A DNA stretch of 64,000 nucleotides, from NCBI GenBank assembly GCA_964035545.1, contig OZ037765.1, positions 3,472,001 through 3,536,000 of the forward strand. The letters run 5' to 3'. The notes below the pieces were generated by a model, which was given only the letters and a program-made list of their open reading frames with translations, did not search any database and was not told where the DNA came from. The stretch comes from Bugula neritina (lineage: Eukaryota; Animalia; Bryozoa). Shown in pieces: positions 60,191 to 64,000 of the stretch. Each line of letters begins with the position of its first letter. Position 1 is the first letter of the stretch. A program made the translations under genes and the position numbers.

Positions 60191-62028
60191 TTAGCAGCAA
60201 TAACACAGTTAGTTTTGATGCCTGCACAATAAAACCACTGTAATTATTAACCTATCCAAGAAGTGAGACAATAGAACTAACTTCAATACTGCGTGTATAA
60301 TAGAAAAACCAATTTCCAATCAATTACGATGTTACGCTTGTAGACCACTATGTTGTGAACTATTGTGAAAAGCTTCCTTGAAACTTATTTCAAATTATAT
60401 CCTTTTTAATTGATGATACCACTTGCTTCAGTCATTATTCTTCAAATACAAAAGGGTGTGCAAGTGTGAGTTTGTAAATCACTTACTGAACTAATGACTT
60501 ACATAATCGGGGCGTATAATCAAAAACTGGTAAATGCCTTTGTAACTCAAATGACAAACAACATAGAGCACAAGTTCCTAGTGTAGCCTGTTCAGACAAT
60601 CTTTATACAATCTATTTGCATGCACAATAAAAATAACACAAGTCAAGTTACAATAACTTATTCAAATGAAGAATGAAACCTGAGGGCTACTCAAAGTCAT
60701 GACTCAACATTTTGTTCACACTTTTATTGAGGCCGGATTGGTCAAAAAATTCACTATTAGAAATTGGAAAGAAAACCTACACGGTATTTGGTAGATGGTT
60801 TGTTTAGCTTGGGTTGCTGCTACCTGATTGCTCAACTAATATCTTGAAGTAGACAGCTATGGAAAGCCAAGTTAACAGCTTCCGTCAGGGTTAAAACAAT
60901 ATTATTGCTTTACTCAAATTCTTACAAAAAGCACTCAAGTAACATAACAGACTACATCATTCAGTTTTATAATTATTTCATTTATATAACTAATAGCTTT
61001 AATAGCACTAAACGTGCAATTCAAATTATGAATAAATAAATCTTATTTGACTTGTGTTAGAACAACAGTGAAACTAACACCTGTTTTGAATAGCCAAGCA
61101 TCAAGCATAGAATATCAACAAGTTTACAAGTCATACCAGCCCTATAACTTATTGTTTGTATTATTAGTACATTATAGACTGAAAACATTGGCTAGCATAC
61201 TTGAATGTCTATACTTCCTAGACAGCAGTTGAAGAAGCTATAAAGTAAACTGCTGATACACATTGTATTGTGTAATCAAATGTCAGTATAACAGTATAAT
61301 TATGATGCAACAAACAGAGTTGACAGCTCCAGTCAATTTTCAAAACATTTGTCTTAAAACAACACTACAATTAACGGAATATCTTAAAATATTTACATAA
61401 ATCTTTGGAAATTGTTTACTTAAATTATATGAAGGAACCAATTATCTTTATTGCTTAGAAAATATCCCCTTTTTAAAAATTTGAAGTTTTATTTTTCCCT
61501 CACTTTTGTTGTGAAACCTAAATAGATTTAAAAAGTATATAGCCTAATATTACTTCACAGTTCACTCGCAGCATGCATTTGGAATTTTAAGTAGCTGTTT
61601 TTGTAGCGCATAAAATAACTTCAGAACCTATAGAATATAGATACAAACTTGCTTTCACATCTTGGCTTAGCTTTTTAAATATTTTACTTTTCTATATATT
61701 TGAAAAATTTCTTTATTATAGCTATTTCTCAAACTAAGGACTGCATTGTAAAGATATTCACTTAAGCATGGGCCCAACATTGTTTTCAAATACCCAAGCA
61801 AAGATAGCTTGGTGTAAAATTTTCTACTGGTGTTTAGTTTTTCAAGCAACTCATTTTCATAAAAATAAAATAATACAGGCAAGTTTTCCTGATTTATTAC
61901 TTAAACATAAGAATTATAGTTCTTCTTTTCATAGCATATGGTTAAAGCAGGTATATATAAGGTCACAAATTAACCATAAGTATAAGGTCTGTGTAAGTTG
62001 CTGTTAACATGAGAAGTCTGCAGACTAC

Positions 62029-62302
<274 letters not shown>

Positions 62303-62519
62303 CTAAATACATGTGCTATATAACTAAATATAATATGCAGCATGCATGAAGTCTGTGTTTATATTAATTTTTACAGCTATATTGCAGGCTATTTTTTAAT
62401 ATAATATATTATCTTAACCAATGATATATATTAAAAAGCCATGTATTTATTCATCTCATCTCCTTGTATTGAGATTTGAAATGTTACAAAGCTTAGCAAA
62501 TAGAGATTCTTCTCATACA

Positions 62520-62600
62520 AATGACCTCTGACCTGTGAAATGTATCATTATTATTGGTCAAATCTTTCATCTTTAAACAGTATAAAAGAAACTGGAAACT
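62520..62600 (+). promoter_or_regulatory. Putative core promoter of the C-type lectin gene (DR1, CCAAT, TATA)
   Basis: TGACCT-C-TGACCT at 62522-62534, ATTGG at 62553 and TATAAAA at 62581, 52 nt before the ATG. Confidence 0.6.
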
Positions 62601-62632
62601 TGGACAATATTATATACTAACATAGCACATAA

Positions 62633-63916
62633 ATGGAGTGGAGAACTTGCGTTATAGTGTTTGCTTTGGCTGGGATGCTTTTCCCAGTGGCTTGTGTAGC
62701 CAGATTTTGCAGTAAGTATTCTGTTCGTAATTAAGTTAATATTCACAGACCAATTTGTATTTCAAATTTGTCTGTGTAATCTGATAATTTTAATATGTAT
62801 AATTGCCCTGTAATAAAATTATGCATTTGTTTTTGCAACAAACCCGTGTGACTGTATGCATAATATATAACAAATTAGCAATGATTTTCCCTTCTTTTAT
62901 TTTTTGTTATATATATATTAATTAAAAACTTCTATATTACACCCTTGTACTATATTTTCTATAATGATGCTACATCTATATGTCCATTTTCCTTGTTTCT
63001 TTTTATAGTGCTAAACCTATAATGGGTCTTTAAAACAATCTTTCAGTTCTTGAACTCCACCACCTCAATATGCTTAGTCAAATATCTCACATGCTCTTTA
63101 TATGCGGAAACTGTTAGAATTCCTGTCTTTTGAAAAGATTTTAAAATATTACTAAGTTTTTTTATCCGTTCTCTTCAATTTATCTTTTTAATCACAGAGC
63201 AAAGTGATTAAACTCTGCTCTCTCTTATACTCTCTTTACCCTGTCTAAGTATATACTCACAGAGCAAAGTGACGCCCTGTTTAACCCCTACACCAGCACC
63301 TGTCTAACCATTGTGAATAAGACGAGCAGCTGGGATGCTGCCAGAGATTATTGTGAGTCAGCAGAGAGTCAGCTCGCAGTGCTGCCAACTCTGGAGAGTA
63401 TTTTCTGGCTCAAACACATGAGAAAGAGTTACTATGGTATAACCTGTTCTGTTTTTAGAGATTATATATATCACTTTTTCTTGATTATTTAATGAGCTAA
63501 ACCACATATGCATCAGATCCCTGTGTAATAACTTGCACTCACCTATAGCATTACTACAGTCTATACACATACGTTTTATATACTGCTAATTGGTACTTTT
63601 TTAAGGTTTTGCTAATTTTAATTGTCTGGTCGGCCAGTTTTTACCAACAGCTCATGTCAAAATGTTACAAAGTTTTCAATTTCATGCTGCAGCATGGAAA
63701 GATTACAGATCAAGCTTCTTGTGGATTGGGGGAATAGAAGTTGACGGCCAGTGGAGATGGAAAGGCATGAAATACGTTGATATCGGCGTCGCTGATTGGG
63801 CAGTCAGACAACCTAGTGGGAATGGAAACTGTTTGCAACTTTTTGGAGAAGACAACTACCAGTGGAATGACCAGAACTGTTCCTTGCCATTCTACTTCCT
63901 GTGTGAATCAAGTTAA
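62633..63916 (+). CDS. Secreted single-domain C-type lectin, about 158 aa
   Basis: Exons 62633-62711 (signal peptide MEWRTCVIVFALAGMLFPVAC..), 63263-63436 (SWDAARDYC..LAV) and 63693-63916 (WIGG..WRW..W..QPS..C..WND..C..FLCE); phase 1 joins; AATAAA near 63990. Confidence 0.9.
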
Positions 63917-64000
63917 TTTACAGTTAGAGTAATTATAATTAAATATTGCTTCGTAGATTATATTGTAGCATATATTATACTGCATTACAGAATAAAATAA

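Overview
AT-rich, intron-containing animal (invertebrate-looking) genomic DNA; nothing prokaryotic is evident. Left to right: (1) minus-strand exons of a secreted or receptor-type gene (signal peptide, two PAN/apple-like exons, an unassigned beta-rich domain, start of an FN3-like repeat running off the window). Between these exons lie a very young BEL/Pao LTR element (apparently identical 452-bp LTRs, AATAC TSD) and a 1.3-kb non-autonomous TIR element. (2) A cluster of three apparently intact SLC15/POT (SLC15A4-like) peptide transporter genes with 8 coding exons each: A (+, 22538-27856), B (-, 35857-30244) and C (-, 53934-43436). The cluster also holds an orphan 3' remnant of a fourth copy and multiplied putative promoter/first-exon cassettes. 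(3) A 3-exon secreted C-type lectin gene (+, 62633-63916). Other repeats: a decayed pogo-like DD35D transposon, a hAT element, a MITE, a solo LTR, an RTE LINE fragment, short tRNA-derived SINE-like copies and many (TA)n tracts. The most interesting signals are: a BEL element whose 1.4k-aa ORF stays open although RT is replaced and RNase H/integrase are deleted in frame, with no canonical PBS or PPT; and SLC15 paralogues A/B carrying a paired change in proton-coupling residues (ExxER to KxxER, TM4 basic residue to Thr). All alignments and counts were done by eye.
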